64,000 bases of DNA from Candidatus Omnitrophota bacterium (GTDB lineage: Bacteria > Omnitrophota > Omnitrophia > Omnitrophales > JACROU01): positions 1,072-65,071 of the forward strand of contig JACROU010000045.1 in assembly GCA_016214265.1 (NCBI GenBank), given 5' to 3'. Positions 9,499-18,899 of this stretch are shown in pieces; the stretch's first letter is position 1; each line of letters opens with the position of its first letter. Made by a program: the position numbers and the translations under genes. Below the pieces are notes generated by a model. The model worked only from the letters and a program-made list of their open reading frames with translations. It was not told the origin of the DNA and searched no databases.

Positions 9499-9521
9499 GT
9501 TTTGCAAAGTATTTTAAGGAA

Positions 9522-9917
9522 TTACTTCCGGTAAGGATATTTCAAACGCGGGGGTTTCTGTCTGGGATGATAATGAGCATCCGGCTGAGATTCTGGCCTT
9601 AGCTCCTCATAGGTCTTGTCCAACTCCTTCTTCTTTCGATCCACATCCCCATGCAGTGATACCAGATCTTTTTTCACGGCACTAACTTTATCTTCGGGAT
9701 CTATGTTATTTTCAACAAACGCATTACGAACTTTTTGGTCGTGTTCATATTTATAAAGAATATCTTCTTTTTTGTGAATCAAGAGCTCGAGACTGTCAAT
9801 TTCCCCCTCCAGTTTTGTCGCCCGGTCTTGAAGCTTTTCACGTTTTGAGGAAGCCATGGCAACACCTGAAAAAGCGAAAACCAGAACAAATAAAGCATAA
9901 AGCAATCGCCGCATCAT
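9522..9917 (-). CDS. hypothetical secreted coiled-coil protein
   Basis: 131-aa ORF with N-terminal signal peptide MMRRLLYALFVLVFAFSGVAMA, then a charged heptad-like segment; 4-nt overlap with the downstream ppa stop. Confidence 0.55.
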   Translation of the reverse strand: MMRRLLYALFVLVFAFSGVAMASSKREKLQDRATKLEGEIDSLELLIHKKEDILYKYEHDQKVRNAFVENNIDPEDKVSAVKKDLVSLHGDVDRKKKELDKTYEELRPESQPDAHYHPRQKPPRLKYPYRK

Positions 9918-10462
9918 TTTACTTTTTTCATCCCTTTCGGCCGTGCGCCATTCAAAAAGGCGTCGAAATAACGTTTAATAATTTGAAACGCAATTTTGGA
10001 ATTTCCCCACCCCAACACTGCCGTTTCTTTACCCTCAAGTTCTTTGTAGCGGTTGAAAAAATACTCGATTTCATCCAGTTGTTGTCCCGGAAGCTGTTCG
10101 TAATCTTTGATTCGGGAATAAAACGGATCTGCGTGCGGCACGGCGATAATTTTTTCATCGAGCGTTTTTTCATCACGCATCGTCAGCACGCCGATCGGGC
10201 GCGCCTCAATCACACAGCCAGTAAAAGTGGGCTCCCGGGTCAGCACAAGAATGTCCAGCGGATCATCATCCGGCGCGACGGTAGAAGGAATAAATCCATA
10301 CGGCGCGGGATAATGAATGGTGGCAAACAACGTGCGGTTTAATTTGAAGACTTCTAGCTGAGGATCGTATTCGTATTTACTGCGGGATCCTTCAGGTATT
10401 TCGATGATGGAATTGATGTAGCCCTTTGCCAAATTGCCGATCGGCATCTCGATAAGATTCAT
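9914..10462 (-). CDS. ppa: inorganic pyrophosphatase (family I)
   Basis: 182 aa; SIIEIPEGSRSKYEYD, DGDPLDILVL, IIAVPHADP motifs typical of soluble PPase. Confidence 0.88.
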   Translation of the reverse strand: MNLIEMPIGNLAKGYINSIIEIPEGSRSKYEYDPQLEVFKLNRTLFATIHYPAPYGFIPSTVAPDDDPLDILVLTREPTFTGCVIEARPIGVLTMRDEKTLDEKIIAVPHADPFYSRIKDYEQLPGQQLDEIEYFFNRYKELEGKETAVLGWGNSKIAFQIIKRYFDAFLNGARPKGMKKVK

Positions 10463-10467
10463 AACGG

Positions 10468-10926
10468 CTAAACCGGTTTCACCAGATAAACAGCGTCATG
10501 CTGACGGACGCGATTTTTGGCCCCAAAACCGACCTCGGCCCCGATCTTTGCCGACTGAACCGGCACATGATCAATCTGAAGCGATTCGACGCGCTGTTTA
10601 AAATCCGTGGTCGCGCCCTTGATGTGAATTTCATCGCCAACTGTAATGGTTCCTTTCTTGACTTTGATCACCCCCGCCTCCACGTGTGGAAAATAGTGGG
10701 TGACAAGCCCCAACTTCACATAATTCTTGGGAAGGCTTGGGCCTTTCTTAACCGTTTTCTTTTTCTTAGCGGTTTTTTTGGGTTTGGATTTCGACTTCGC
10801 TTTCGTTTTGACAGTCTTTTTCGGCCTGACTTTAACAACTTTTTTCTTTGATTTTTTTTGGGGGACCGATTTCTTCTTCTTCAGCAGCTTCTTGAAGTTT
10901 TTTGCAAGTTTCTTAAATAATCCCAT
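10468..10926 (-). CDS. lysine-rich histone-H1-like protein with C-terminal EF-Tu domain-2-like beta-barrel
   Basis: 152 aa; N-terminal 70 aa are KKxK repeats (KKLLKKKKSVPQKKSKKKVVKVRPKKTVKTKAKSKSKPKKTAKKKKTVKK). C-terminus GVIKVKKGTITVGDEIHIKG...AKIGAEVGF resembles the translation-factor beta-barrel. Confidence 0.6.
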   Translation of the reverse strand: MGLFKKLAKNFKKLLKKKKSVPQKKSKKKVVKVRPKKTVKTKAKSKSKPKKTAKKKKTVKKGPSLPKNYVKLGLVTHYFPHVEAGVIKVKKGTITVGDEIHIKGATTDFKQRVESLQIDHVPVQSAKIGAEVGFGAKNRVRQHDAVYLVKPV

Positions 10927-10941
10927 ATTTCCTCCTATCGA

Positions 10942-11289
10942 TCAACCCGGCGGCCAAACAAATTTTCGTCCGCCCAGCAGATGAAGATGTAAGTGATAAA
11001 CGGCCTGTCCAGCGTGAGGGCCGTTATTAAACACCAGACGGTAGCCTTTTTCCAACTTCCTTTTCGCGGCTAATTTCCTGGCGATCAGAACCAGCTTGCC
11101 GACAATTTCAGCGTCTGTCTCCGATATATCGGCAACTTGTTCAATATGCTTCTTGGGAATAATTAAAATATGTGTGGGGGCCTGGGGGTTAACATCATCA
11201 AAAGCAAGCATCTCGTCATCCTCATACTCGGCTTTTGACGGGATTTCTTTCTTGATAATTTTACAGAAAAGACATTCTTTGGTCACCAT
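10942..11289 (-). CDS. HIT-family (Hint) nucleotide hydrolase
   Basis: 115 aa; histidine triad HLHLHLLGG; CLFCKII N-terminus. Confidence 0.85.
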   Translation of the reverse strand: MVTKECLFCKIIKKEIPSKAEYEDDEMLAFDDVNPQAPTHILIIPKKHIEQVADISETDAEIVGKLVLIARKLAAKRKLEKGYRLVFNNGPHAGQAVYHLHLHLLGGRKFVWPPG

Positions 11290-11329
11290 AACGAGTCCGT
11301 TCGTTGTTTAATATAAATGGTAGCAAATA

Positions 11330-12628
11330 TTAGGAACTTTGCAACTTACCAAAATTCTGGATGACTGAGCCCAAACGGGCCAAAACCCTTGCCCGGCCAA
11401 GCACTTCCATCAGGTCAAAAAGGCCGGGACTGACCGAAAAACCGGTGATGGCCACGCGGATAGGATGAATCAAGCCAGCGGCGTCAATCGCAAGTTTTGC
11501 CGCAGAGTCACGAACCACCGATTCTAGATTTTTGGCGGTAAAATCAGCCGTATTTTCGAGCGCGACGAGCACAATTTTTAACCTTTTCAGGGTTTCTGGG
11601 TCACTCAAATATTTCCCGACTGCGGCCGGATCAAACGTGACTTTCTCTTCGAGGCAATAATTTGCTTCGCGCGCGAGATCATTCCAGGTTTTGATTCGTT
11701 CCCGAAACAGAAGCAGGATCCTTTTAAATTCTTCACTCGAATTACCAAAAAACGCCGCGCCCCGCTGAAGATATTCTTCTTTCGAAACTTTCTTCAGATG
11801 ACACGCATTGATAAAACGCATCTTGTCGATATCAAACGTGGCGGCAGTGGTATTCACACGCTTTAGAGAAAATTTTTTGACGAGCTCGTCTTTGGTAAAA
11901 AATTCCTGATTGCCCCCAGGTCCCCAGCCCAAAAGAGCCAGGTAATTCAAAATCCCCTCGGGAAGATAGCCTTCTTCCTCAAACGCTTTGAGCGATACGG
12001 CACCGTGTCGCTTCGACAGGGGCGTTCCGTCAGAGCCCATGATGAGCGGCAAATGGGCATACTTTGGCGGCTGCCAGCCCAACGCTTTAAATACCGCGAT
12101 TTGCCGCGGCGTGTTCGAAATATGATCCTCGCCGCGAATCACATGAGTAATTTCCATATCATGATCATCAACGACACAGGCAAAATTGTACGTGGGAATT
12201 CCGTCAGATTTGATAATCACCAAATCATCGAAAAGACTGGCGTCAAATTGAATCGCGCCCTTGATCACATCGTGAAACACCACGGACTCTTTCACCATTT
12301 TATATTTTACGGCCTGAGTCGCGTCATCAACCCGGTAGGCCTTTCCCTCAGCCATCAGCTTAGAGGCCACTTCCTGATATCGTTTAACCCGGGAAGTCTG
12401 ATGCTCAACGTCTCCATCCCACTCAAGCCCCAGCCATTTCATGCTCGAGATAATTTCATCAGCGTACACTTGTTCCGAACGTTCCCGGTCGGTGTCTTCC
12501 ATGCGGAGGAAAAATTGGCCGCCTTGATTGCGGGCATAAAGATAATTGAAGAGCGCGGTGCGGACTCCGCCGATGTGAAGATGTCCTGTCGGCGATGGCG
12601 CGAAACGCACTTTAATATTGGAGGTCAT
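11330..12628 (-). CDS. gltX: glutamyl-tRNA synthetase
   Basis: HIGH motif PSPTGHLHIGGVRTALFNY, KMSKS-like LSKRHG. Start placed at MTSNIKVRF (12628) rather than the track start 12700, which would overlap ior by 65 nt. Confidence 0.85.
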   Translation of the reverse strand: MTSNIKVRFAPSPTGHLHIGGVRTALFNYLYARNQGGQFFLRMEDTDRERSEQVYADEIISSMKWLGLEWDGDVEHQTSRVKRYQEVASKLMAEGKAYRVDDATQAVKYKMVKESVVFHDVIKGAIQFDASLFDDLVIIKSDGIPTYNFACVVDDHDMEITHVIRGEDHISNTPRQIAVFKALGWQPPKYAHLPLIMGSDGTPLSKRHGAVSLKAFEEEGYLPEGILNYLALLGWGPGGNQEFFTKDELVKKFSLKRVNTTAATFDIDKMRFINACHLKKVSKEEYLQRGAAFFGNSSEEFKRILLLFRERIKTWNDLAREANYCLEEKVTFDPAAVGKYLSDPETLKRLKIVLVALENTADFTAKNLESVVRDSAAKLAIDAAGLIHPIRVAITGFSVSPGLFDLMEVLGRARVLARLGSVIQNFGKLQSS

Positions 12629-12635
12629 TTCTGAT

Positions 12636-14801
12636 TTATAGAATTTGCTGTAATTCCCGAAAAAAACTGACGCCGGCTCCCACGGAAGAGGGTTTGCCAC
12701 TCAAAAGATCTTCTGCTTTCCGCTTGGCTTCGGCCATTTTGGGATAACGCACCTTTCGGTAACCGCGCACTTCTTCGGGGATTTCGAAAATTTTCACGTA
12801 AGACTCATAACGCACTGTCCCGCCCGGAGAAAAAGCATCCACCAAACCGATATACCAGTCGCGAAATTCTTTTTCTTTAGCATGCCAAGCAGGCAGCAAC
12901 ACGCGCAGAATTTTAAAATGCTTCATAATGTTCAGCATCCAATCTTTCGTCCTCATGTTCCATTCTAAATCAAACCCCAGAATGGTGAATTGCGGACGAT
13001 TGATGTGCTCATAGACTGCCTTGTCGCCGCGTTTTGGATCAACATCGTAGCGCTCAAGATCACGTCGGTATTTTTCAACGCTCGTCAACAGATGCGCCAC
13101 ATACACCTCATCTTTGATGAGCATCACTTTGGCAAGATAACGAATCACGGCTTTTGTGACTCGATAATCATTTTCGGAATTGTCTTTCACATAAACCGTT
13201 TTGATTTTATCAAAATATTTCTGGGCATATTTCAGATTTTCGAATTGAATCAAATCATAAGCGCGCAGGGCAATTTGCAGATTGATAGTATCATCCAGTT
13301 TTAGAAACTCCACCAGCGCTTCCACCCGTTTTTTATATTCCCGGGCCAGTCTTTTACTTTTTTTCGAAAGAATCTTGATTTTATCGTCTAGCATTTCCGA
13401 GTATGTGGCCAATTTGGCTTCTATTGCATAAACCTGAGGATTAAGTGCGATTTTTCGCCCGAGATTAAACGCTTTCATGTTGTCGTCAAACGCGCTTTTC
13501 GGGACGGTCATTTGAATGGACCACTCAAGATTCTTAAAATCGACTGGCAATTCCCCTCGTTGATACGCAGCGCCCAGAATCATCATATTGGCATAAATCG
13601 TATTGCCAAGCATGCGCTGGGCTACCTCCGAAACATTCGCGCCGAAATATGTTTCACGCTTTGTTGCACGACGAATCATCTCCTCAAGTTCAGCGGGCAG
13701 AAAATTATCTTCTCCAAGCAGCATGGTGATAGTTGGCGTTTTCTCGGTATTGATCACAGCCGTCGTAAAATCCGGACTACCGATGCGTTGAGTGAGCGTC
13801 GGATCCAGACTGCGCACGCTTTCGAGAATGTCCATCCCCAAAAGCAGGTCCGCCTTGCCGTACGGGATAATCGGAGAAATAATTCCGTTGCCATTTCGCG
13901 TATACGTTACGTGTGAGAACACACCGCCGTTTCGAATGGCAAGACCCTTTTTATCCGCAAAGCTGACGCGATATCCCTGGCGCATTCCAGCCCTCACTAA
14001 AATCGCCGTAACAAGACCGATACCCATACCACCGACTCCGGAAAGATAAACGGACCAACCCTTGTCAAAAGTGCGGCGCTTGGCCTCGGGAATATCTGAA
14101 AAATTGATTGAATCGACGGGTCGTACGGGAGCTTGTTTCCGGATCACGGTAATTTCTTCAAAAGAGGGGCACGCCTTTACGCGGTAACAAGCACCATCCG
14201 ATTTGCAAAGTGAAAGATCGGTGGCAATTTTGGGGCCATAATGAGTTTCTTCAATCGTCAAACCGGGACATCCGGTGGTTTTCGTACACTCCAAGCAGAA
14301 CTCACAGACTTCCGGAGTAATGTTGACAAATTTTTTCTCGGGCATATAGCCGATTTTTTTGATTACGTCCCGCTCAGCGCGAACGACTTTGCGGTCGTAG
14401 GTGATACCGCATTCTTTGTCAGCAATCACCACCTTGACACCTTTTTTCAGCACCGTCTCTTCCATTAAATGTCGGTAACTGTCCCGGTATTCAGGATTCA
14501 CACGATAAACCGGCACTTCCCCATTTTTCGCCATACCGCTTACGATGGATTCAATATTTTGTTTAAACGTGGAATTCCCCAGAATGTCAACATTCTGTCC
14601 CGGATTCGGCTGATGGCCGGTCATGGCTGTTGTATCGTTATCCAAAATAACAATCAAAATATCCTGTCCGTATTTCAGCGCGTCGGAAATAGCGATCATG
14701 CCGGAGTGAAAAAATGTGGAGTCGCCCATAAAAACAACCTGCTTGTTCTGGATAAAACGATCGATACCAGCACCTGTTCCCGGTCCCACCGGTGTCTCCA
14801 T
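12636..14801 (-). CDS. indolepyruvate:ferredoxin oxidoreductase family, C-terminal part (TPP-binding, 2x[4Fe-4S], IorB-like); frameshifted from upstream part
   Basis: GDSTFFHSG TPP motif; CEFCLECTKTTGCPG and CKSDGACYRVKACPS ferredoxin motifs; long IorB-like C-terminus. Overlaps ORF 14638-16158 in another frame. Confidence 0.7.
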   Translation of the reverse strand: METPVGPGTGAGIDRFIQNKQVVFMGDSTFFHSGMIAISDALKYGQDILIVILDNDTTAMTGHQPNPGQNVDILGNSTFKQNIESIVSGMAKNGEVPVYRVNPEYRDSYRHLMEETVLKKGVKVVIADKECGITYDRKVVRAERDVIKKIGYMPEKKFVNITPEVCEFCLECTKTTGCPGLTIEETHYGPKIATDLSLCKSDGACYRVKACPSFEEITVIRKQAPVRPVDSINFSDIPEAKRRTFDKGWSVYLSGVGGMGIGLVTAILVRAGMRQGYRVSFADKKGLAIRNGGVFSHVTYTRNGNGIISPIIPYGKADLLLGMDILESVRSLDPTLTQRIGSPDFTTAVINTEKTPTITMLLGEDNFLPAELEEMIRRATKRETYFGANVSEVAQRMLGNTIYANMMILGAAYQRGELPVDFKNLEWSIQMTVPKSAFDDNMKAFNLGRKIALNPQVYAIEAKLATYSEMLDDKIKILSKKSKRLAREYKKRVEALVEFLKLDDTINLQIALRAYDLIQFENLKYAQKYFDKIKTVYVKDNSENDYRVTKAVIRYLAKVMLIKDEVYVAHLLTSVEKYRRDLERYDVDPKRGDKAVYEHINRPQFTILGFDLEWNMRTKDWMLNIMKHFKILRVLLPAWHAKEKEFRDWYIGLVDAFSPGGTVRYESYVKIFEIPEEVRGYRKVRYPKMAEAKRKAEDLLSGKPSSVGAGVSFFRELQQIL

Positions 14802-16158
14802 GAAACAGTAAGTCCACCGGCCCTGAGTTGTGATTCTTTTTCATGTACTCGGAATTCATAAAATCTTTTTTGATTTCGAGAAATACGCTGGAGGAATCCC
14901 GGTGCGGACACCCTGGACAGAATGTCGGTGTGCGGCGCGGAATGCGAACAGCAAATTGAGCGGTTTTTTGTATCAACCCGAGCTCGCCGTCCCAAACTTG
15001 ATCCAGTTTCGGCAAATCACTGTCTTTGATCCAACGGAAAAGCGGCACAAGGCGTTCGATTAATATCGAAGTGTTAATGCCGCGGGTTTCGGGAATACCA
15101 GCAAGCGAGTCCGGAAATTTCTTACCCCAAACTTTCGGCATAGAGGTGATAGTCTCGTACTGAAAGGCGTCTTTCAATATTTGCGTGATTTGAGATTCGA
15201 TAAAATCACGTTTTTCCTCAACGATAAATAGCTCCTCAACGATTTTCGAAAACTCCAAAATAGTTTCGGGATCCAGCGGATACGTCAGTCCAAGTTTCAG
15301 GATTGGAATTTGTCCCGTCATCCCTAGCTCGCGAAGCGCATGTTCCAAATAACTGTGAGCGAGTCCCGACGTGACGAACCCGAACCGGCGTTTTTTGCTT
15401 AATGCCGGACGGTATAAAATCTTATCCAGTTGTTGTGAACGAACGAATTTATGCAGATCCGCGAAACGTGCTTTGATGTTCTCTTCACGCTGAGAAGTGC
15501 GCGGCGGAAGGATCACCGTCTCTTCGACAGGGATTTTTTCTGTGTTAATGCTGATACGGTCTTTCGTATTAATGGTAGAGAATACGTTGGGATTACATTC
15601 CACGGTTCCCCCGCCGTCAGCAAGATTAGTCGTGATAATAAACGTGATATAAAGATTGGCGGCGCGCGAGGCTTCGAACGAAAGCCGTATCCAGTCTTTG
15701 ATTTCTTGAAAAGTTGCCGGCTCAATGATGGGCATAAACAAATGTTTGGAAAGAAAACGCGAATCGGAAGGAACTTGCGTACTGTCAGACCACGGATCGT
15801 CCCCAACAACCACAACCGCACCGCCCGTGTGGCCGGTCTTTGCCATATTGCCGAGCGCCAGTCCATCCGAGGCCACATGAAGCCCAACGCTCTTCATTAC
15901 GCAAAGTCCGCGAAGATCAGACATCTGCGAACCGTTCAACCGCGCGACGCCCAGAGCTTCGTTGTTGGCGATTTGAAGCAGAATTCCTTTTTCTTTCAGG
16001 AGATCATCCGCTTGTTTGGCGATATTAAAAAAATCGGCAACCGGAGAACCGGGATAGCCCGTAAGTAAGCTAACACCCGCTTCCAAAGCGCCTTTAAAAA
16101 GCAGCTCAGTGCCGCTAAAAACCTGAACTCCTGATTTCTGAGTAAAACGTTGATCCAT
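14638..16158 (-). CDS. indolepyruvate:ferredoxin oxidoreductase family, N-terminal part (pyrimidine-binding domain)
   Basis: GYPGSPVADFF, VVVGDDPWSDSTQ, TFCPGCPHR. The frame runs out shortly after ...HNSGPVDLLFHGDTG, while the other frame reads ...ETPVGPGTGAGIDRF. Confidence 0.7.
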   Translation of the reverse strand: MDQRFTQKSGVQVFSGTELLFKGALEAGVSLLTGYPGSPVADFFNIAKQADDLLKEKGILLQIANNEALGVARLNGSQMSDLRGLCVMKSVGLHVASDGLALGNMAKTGHTGGAVVVVGDDPWSDSTQVPSDSRFLSKHLFMPIIEPATFQEIKDWIRLSFEASRAANLYITFIITTNLADGGGTVECNPNVFSTINTKDRISINTEKIPVEETVILPPRTSQREENIKARFADLHKFVRSQQLDKILYRPALSKKRRFGFVTSGLAHSYLEHALRELGMTGQIPILKLGLTYPLDPETILEFSKIVEELFIVEEKRDFIESQITQILKDAFQYETITSMPKVWGKKFPDSLAGIPETRGINTSILIERLVPLFRWIKDSDLPKLDQVWDGELGLIQKTAQFAVRIPRRTPTFCPGCPHRDSSSVFLEIKKDFMNSEYMKKNHNSGPVDLLFHGDTGGTGNRCWYRSFYPEQAGCFYGRLHIFSLRHDRYFRRAEIRTGYFDCYFG

Positions 16159-16171
16159 TTTCTGTCCTCGC

Positions 16172-17005
16172 CTAAAGAGGTATCTTAAACTTTTCTCTCA
16201 AAGTTTCAAAGTAACTTCTCTTTGAGCTTTTAATCAATTTCAATTTTGTGGAACTTTGAGTCATTTCAATCACACTATCATCCCCTACTTCAATGGTATC
16301 CTGTCCATCCGCGGCAAGTAAGGCTCGCTCACGCGGATCGTCACAAACCACTTTAGCCACAATTTTTTCAGAACCCGGGACCACGATCGGGCGAAGGCTG
16401 GAAACGTGTGGACAAATTGCCGTAACAATCATCACATCCAGCGAGGGGTGAACAATGGGTCCGCCGGCGGAAAGCGAATAAGCAGTTGAACCAGTTGGAG
16501 TTGCAATGATGACGCCGTCTCCTGAAAAACTAGTAAAAAGTTCAGAGCCAATACGGATCTCGACCCGCATATAACGGGTCAGGCCTTCCCGGTTGATAAC
16601 AATGTCATTCAGAGCCTGAAATCTGCGATTCAATTTTGACTTTTCGTCACGAACATTGCACACAAGCATCGAGCGCTCTTCAATATCGAAATGGCCCGCG
16701 AAAACCGATTTCAGTTCTTCGATCACTTCGTCTTTTTTGACTTCCGTGATGAACCCGAGAGATCCCAAATTCACCCCAAGAAGCGGGATTTCACGTTCAA
16801 TCATACGATTGGCCACATGCAAAAGTGTACCGTCACCGCCCGCGCAGATAATCAGATCGGCCTCTTTCAAAATACGATCCACAGCTTCGGACTGAGAACT
16901 CAAAATGCGACATTCGCGTTTCGTCAACCATTCCGCGAGCGTTGCTAACAATTCGCTTGAACCCGCTTTATCCTTATTCACCACAAGTCCTACGGTCTGA
17001 ATCAT
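16172..17005 (-). CDS. nadK: NAD+ kinase
   Basis: GGDGTLL motif (ICAGGDGTLLHVA), NDIVINRE motif, 277 aa. Confidence 0.88.
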   Translation of the reverse strand: MIQTVGLVVNKDKAGSSELLATLAEWLTKRECRILSSQSEAVDRILKEADLIICAGGDGTLLHVANRMIEREIPLLGVNLGSLGFITEVKKDEVIEELKSVFAGHFDIEERSMLVCNVRDEKSKLNRRFQALNDIVINREGLTRYMRVEIRIGSELFTSFSGDGVIIATPTGSTAYSLSAGGPIVHPSLDVMIVTAICPHVSSLRPIVVPGSEKIVAKVVCDDPRERALLAADGQDTIEVGDDSVIEMTQSSTKLKLIKSSKRSYFETLREKFKIPL

Positions 17006-18891
17006 AGTTTCACCTTTTCAATGCACTCTGTAATTGCCACTGTCAATTTTCCCACACTGAGGCCAAAAGAATCCAAAATTTTGTCGCGATCACCGTGCTC
17101 AACGATTTTGTCCAGAACCGCGTGCCGATTAACATGAATATCCGTCAAACCTTTTCGTTCGCAGAATTCAAGAACACGGGCGCCAAGTCCGCCAGCGTAC
17201 ACGTGATCTTCGATCACATGCCAATTGCGGACACGGCCGGCTAAATCGATCAACAAATTTTCATCGAGTGGTTTGGCGAAACGCAAATTGACCACAGTCG
17301 CGTTAATTCCCTGCACTTTTAAAGCCTCAGCAACTTTGAGCGCACGCGAAACAAAAGATCCAAAAGCTAGAATTGCGACATCGCCACCTTCTGCCAGAAT
17401 TTCGCCTTCGCCAATCGCAAAATTTTTATGAGCATTCGACGCTGAGAGAGTAATATTTTCTTTCGGATAACGGACAGCGAAAACTCCCCGGCCCAAATTA
17501 TTCACAGCTAATTTCAACATCTGTTTCATCTCCGCTTCGTCCCATGGACTGGCAATCACCGAATTGGGAATCGTGCTGATGTAGGCAATATCATACAGTC
17601 CCTGATGTGTCGGGCCGTCAGGACCCACCACGCCGGCCCGGTCCAGACACGCAGTCACGTGAACATCTTGAATCGTGACATCGTGAATCAACTGATCAAA
17701 CGCTCTCTGCATAAACGTGGAATAAATCGCGCACACTGGCTTGAAGCCACCTCGCGAAAGCGCGCCAGCGAAAGCCACGGCATGCTGCTCAGCAATGCCG
17801 ACATCAAAAAAACGTTCAGGAAACCGTTTCTGAAATTCACCAAGACCGGTTCCGTCCGGCATCGCCGCGGTAATCGCGACAATTTTCGGATCGTCCTGGG
17901 CAAGTTCAATCAAACTGTTTACGAAAGCTTTTGTGTACCCAAGTGATTTTTCACCGGCGGGTTTCGACGAAACTTTCGGCTCTCCGGTTTTGATATCAAA
18001 AGGCGGCATCCCGTGTCCACGCTCCGGATGATTTTCGGCCGGCGCATAGCCTTTTCCCTTCTTTGTAATCACATGAAGGAGTACCGGTGTTTTAATCGAT
18101 TTGATATTCTGAAAAGTTTTCACCAAATGCTCAATATCGTGTCCATCCACGGGCCCGAAATAACGGAATCCGAGCTCTTCAAAAATAATTCCGGGCACCA
18201 TTAAATTTTTAAATCCTTCTTCCGCGTGTTTCACAAGTCGTTTGAGCCGCGGGAAATTATTCAACTGTTCTTCAACGCGTTTGCGGAGCCGGTTGTAGAT
18301 GGGCGCGGTGATAATCTGATTCAGGCACTGACTAATCGCACCGACATTTTTCGAAATCGACATTTCGTTGTCGTTGAGAATAACGAGGAGTTCTTTGCGC
18401 AAATGTCCAGCGTTGTTGAGCGCCTCAAAACAAATTCCTCCGGTGAGCGAACCGTCGCCGATAATCGCCACAACCTTTTCGTCACTTCCGCGAAGATCCC
18501 GGGCACATAAAAGCCCGAGCGCCTGCGAGACTGCCGTCGAAGCATGCCCGACGGTGAAATGGTCGTGTTCGCTTTCATCATGAGCCGAAAATCCGCTCAA
18601 CCCTCCGTGCTGACGCAACGTTCTCATCCGCGAACGACGGCCTGTGAGCAGTTTGTGCGAATAAACCTGATGGCTGACATCCCAAACAAATTTGTCGCGC
18701 GGGGAATTAAAAACATAATGAAGAGCCGTCACAATTTCCACGGCACCAAGCGACGTTCCCAAATGGCCGCCAGTTTCAGAAACCACTTCGATAATTTCTT
18801 CACGCAGCCCCTGACAGACTTCGGGTAATTTCTCAAGCGGAACCTTTTTTAAATCCTGAGGTGAATTGATCGATTCAGAAATTCTGGCCAT
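17002..18891 (-). CDS. dxs: 1-deoxy-D-xylulose-5-phosphate synthase
   Basis: 629 aa; GGHLGTSLGAVEIVTALHYVF, TPP-binding GDG...NDN, transketolase-like C-terminus. Confidence 0.9.
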   Translation of the reverse strand: MARISESINSPQDLKKVPLEKLPEVCQGLREEIIEVVSETGGHLGTSLGAVEIVTALHYVFNSPRDKFVWDVSHQVYSHKLLTGRRSRMRTLRQHGGLSGFSAHDESEHDHFTVGHASTAVSQALGLLCARDLRGSDEKVVAIIGDGSLTGGICFEALNNAGHLRKELLVILNDNEMSISKNVGAISQCLNQIITAPIYNRLRKRVEEQLNNFPRLKRLVKHAEEGFKNLMVPGIIFEELGFRYFGPVDGHDIEHLVKTFQNIKSIKTPVLLHVITKKGKGYAPAENHPERGHGMPPFDIKTGEPKVSSKPAGEKSLGYTKAFVNSLIELAQDDPKIVAITAAMPDGTGLGEFQKRFPERFFDVGIAEQHAVAFAGALSRGGFKPVCAIYSTFMQRAFDQLIHDVTIQDVHVTACLDRAGVVGPDGPTHQGLYDIAYISTIPNSVIASPWDEAEMKQMLKLAVNNLGRGVFAVRYPKENITLSASNAHKNFAIGEGEILAEGGDVAILAFGSFVSRALKVAEALKVQGINATVVNLRFAKPLDENLLIDLAGRVRNWHVIEDHVYAGGLGARVLEFCERKGLTDIHVNRHAVLDKIVEHGDRDKILDSFGLSVGKLTVAITECIEKVKL

Positions 18892-18899
18892 CTGACTGC

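Noticed and set aside
12636-16158. Reading the two ior ORFs as a natural split IorA/IorB gene pair as in archaea
   Set aside because: The break lies within the IorA TPP domain, the ORFs overlap by 164 nt in different frames and the total length is 3n+1, so a frameshift is the better explanation.
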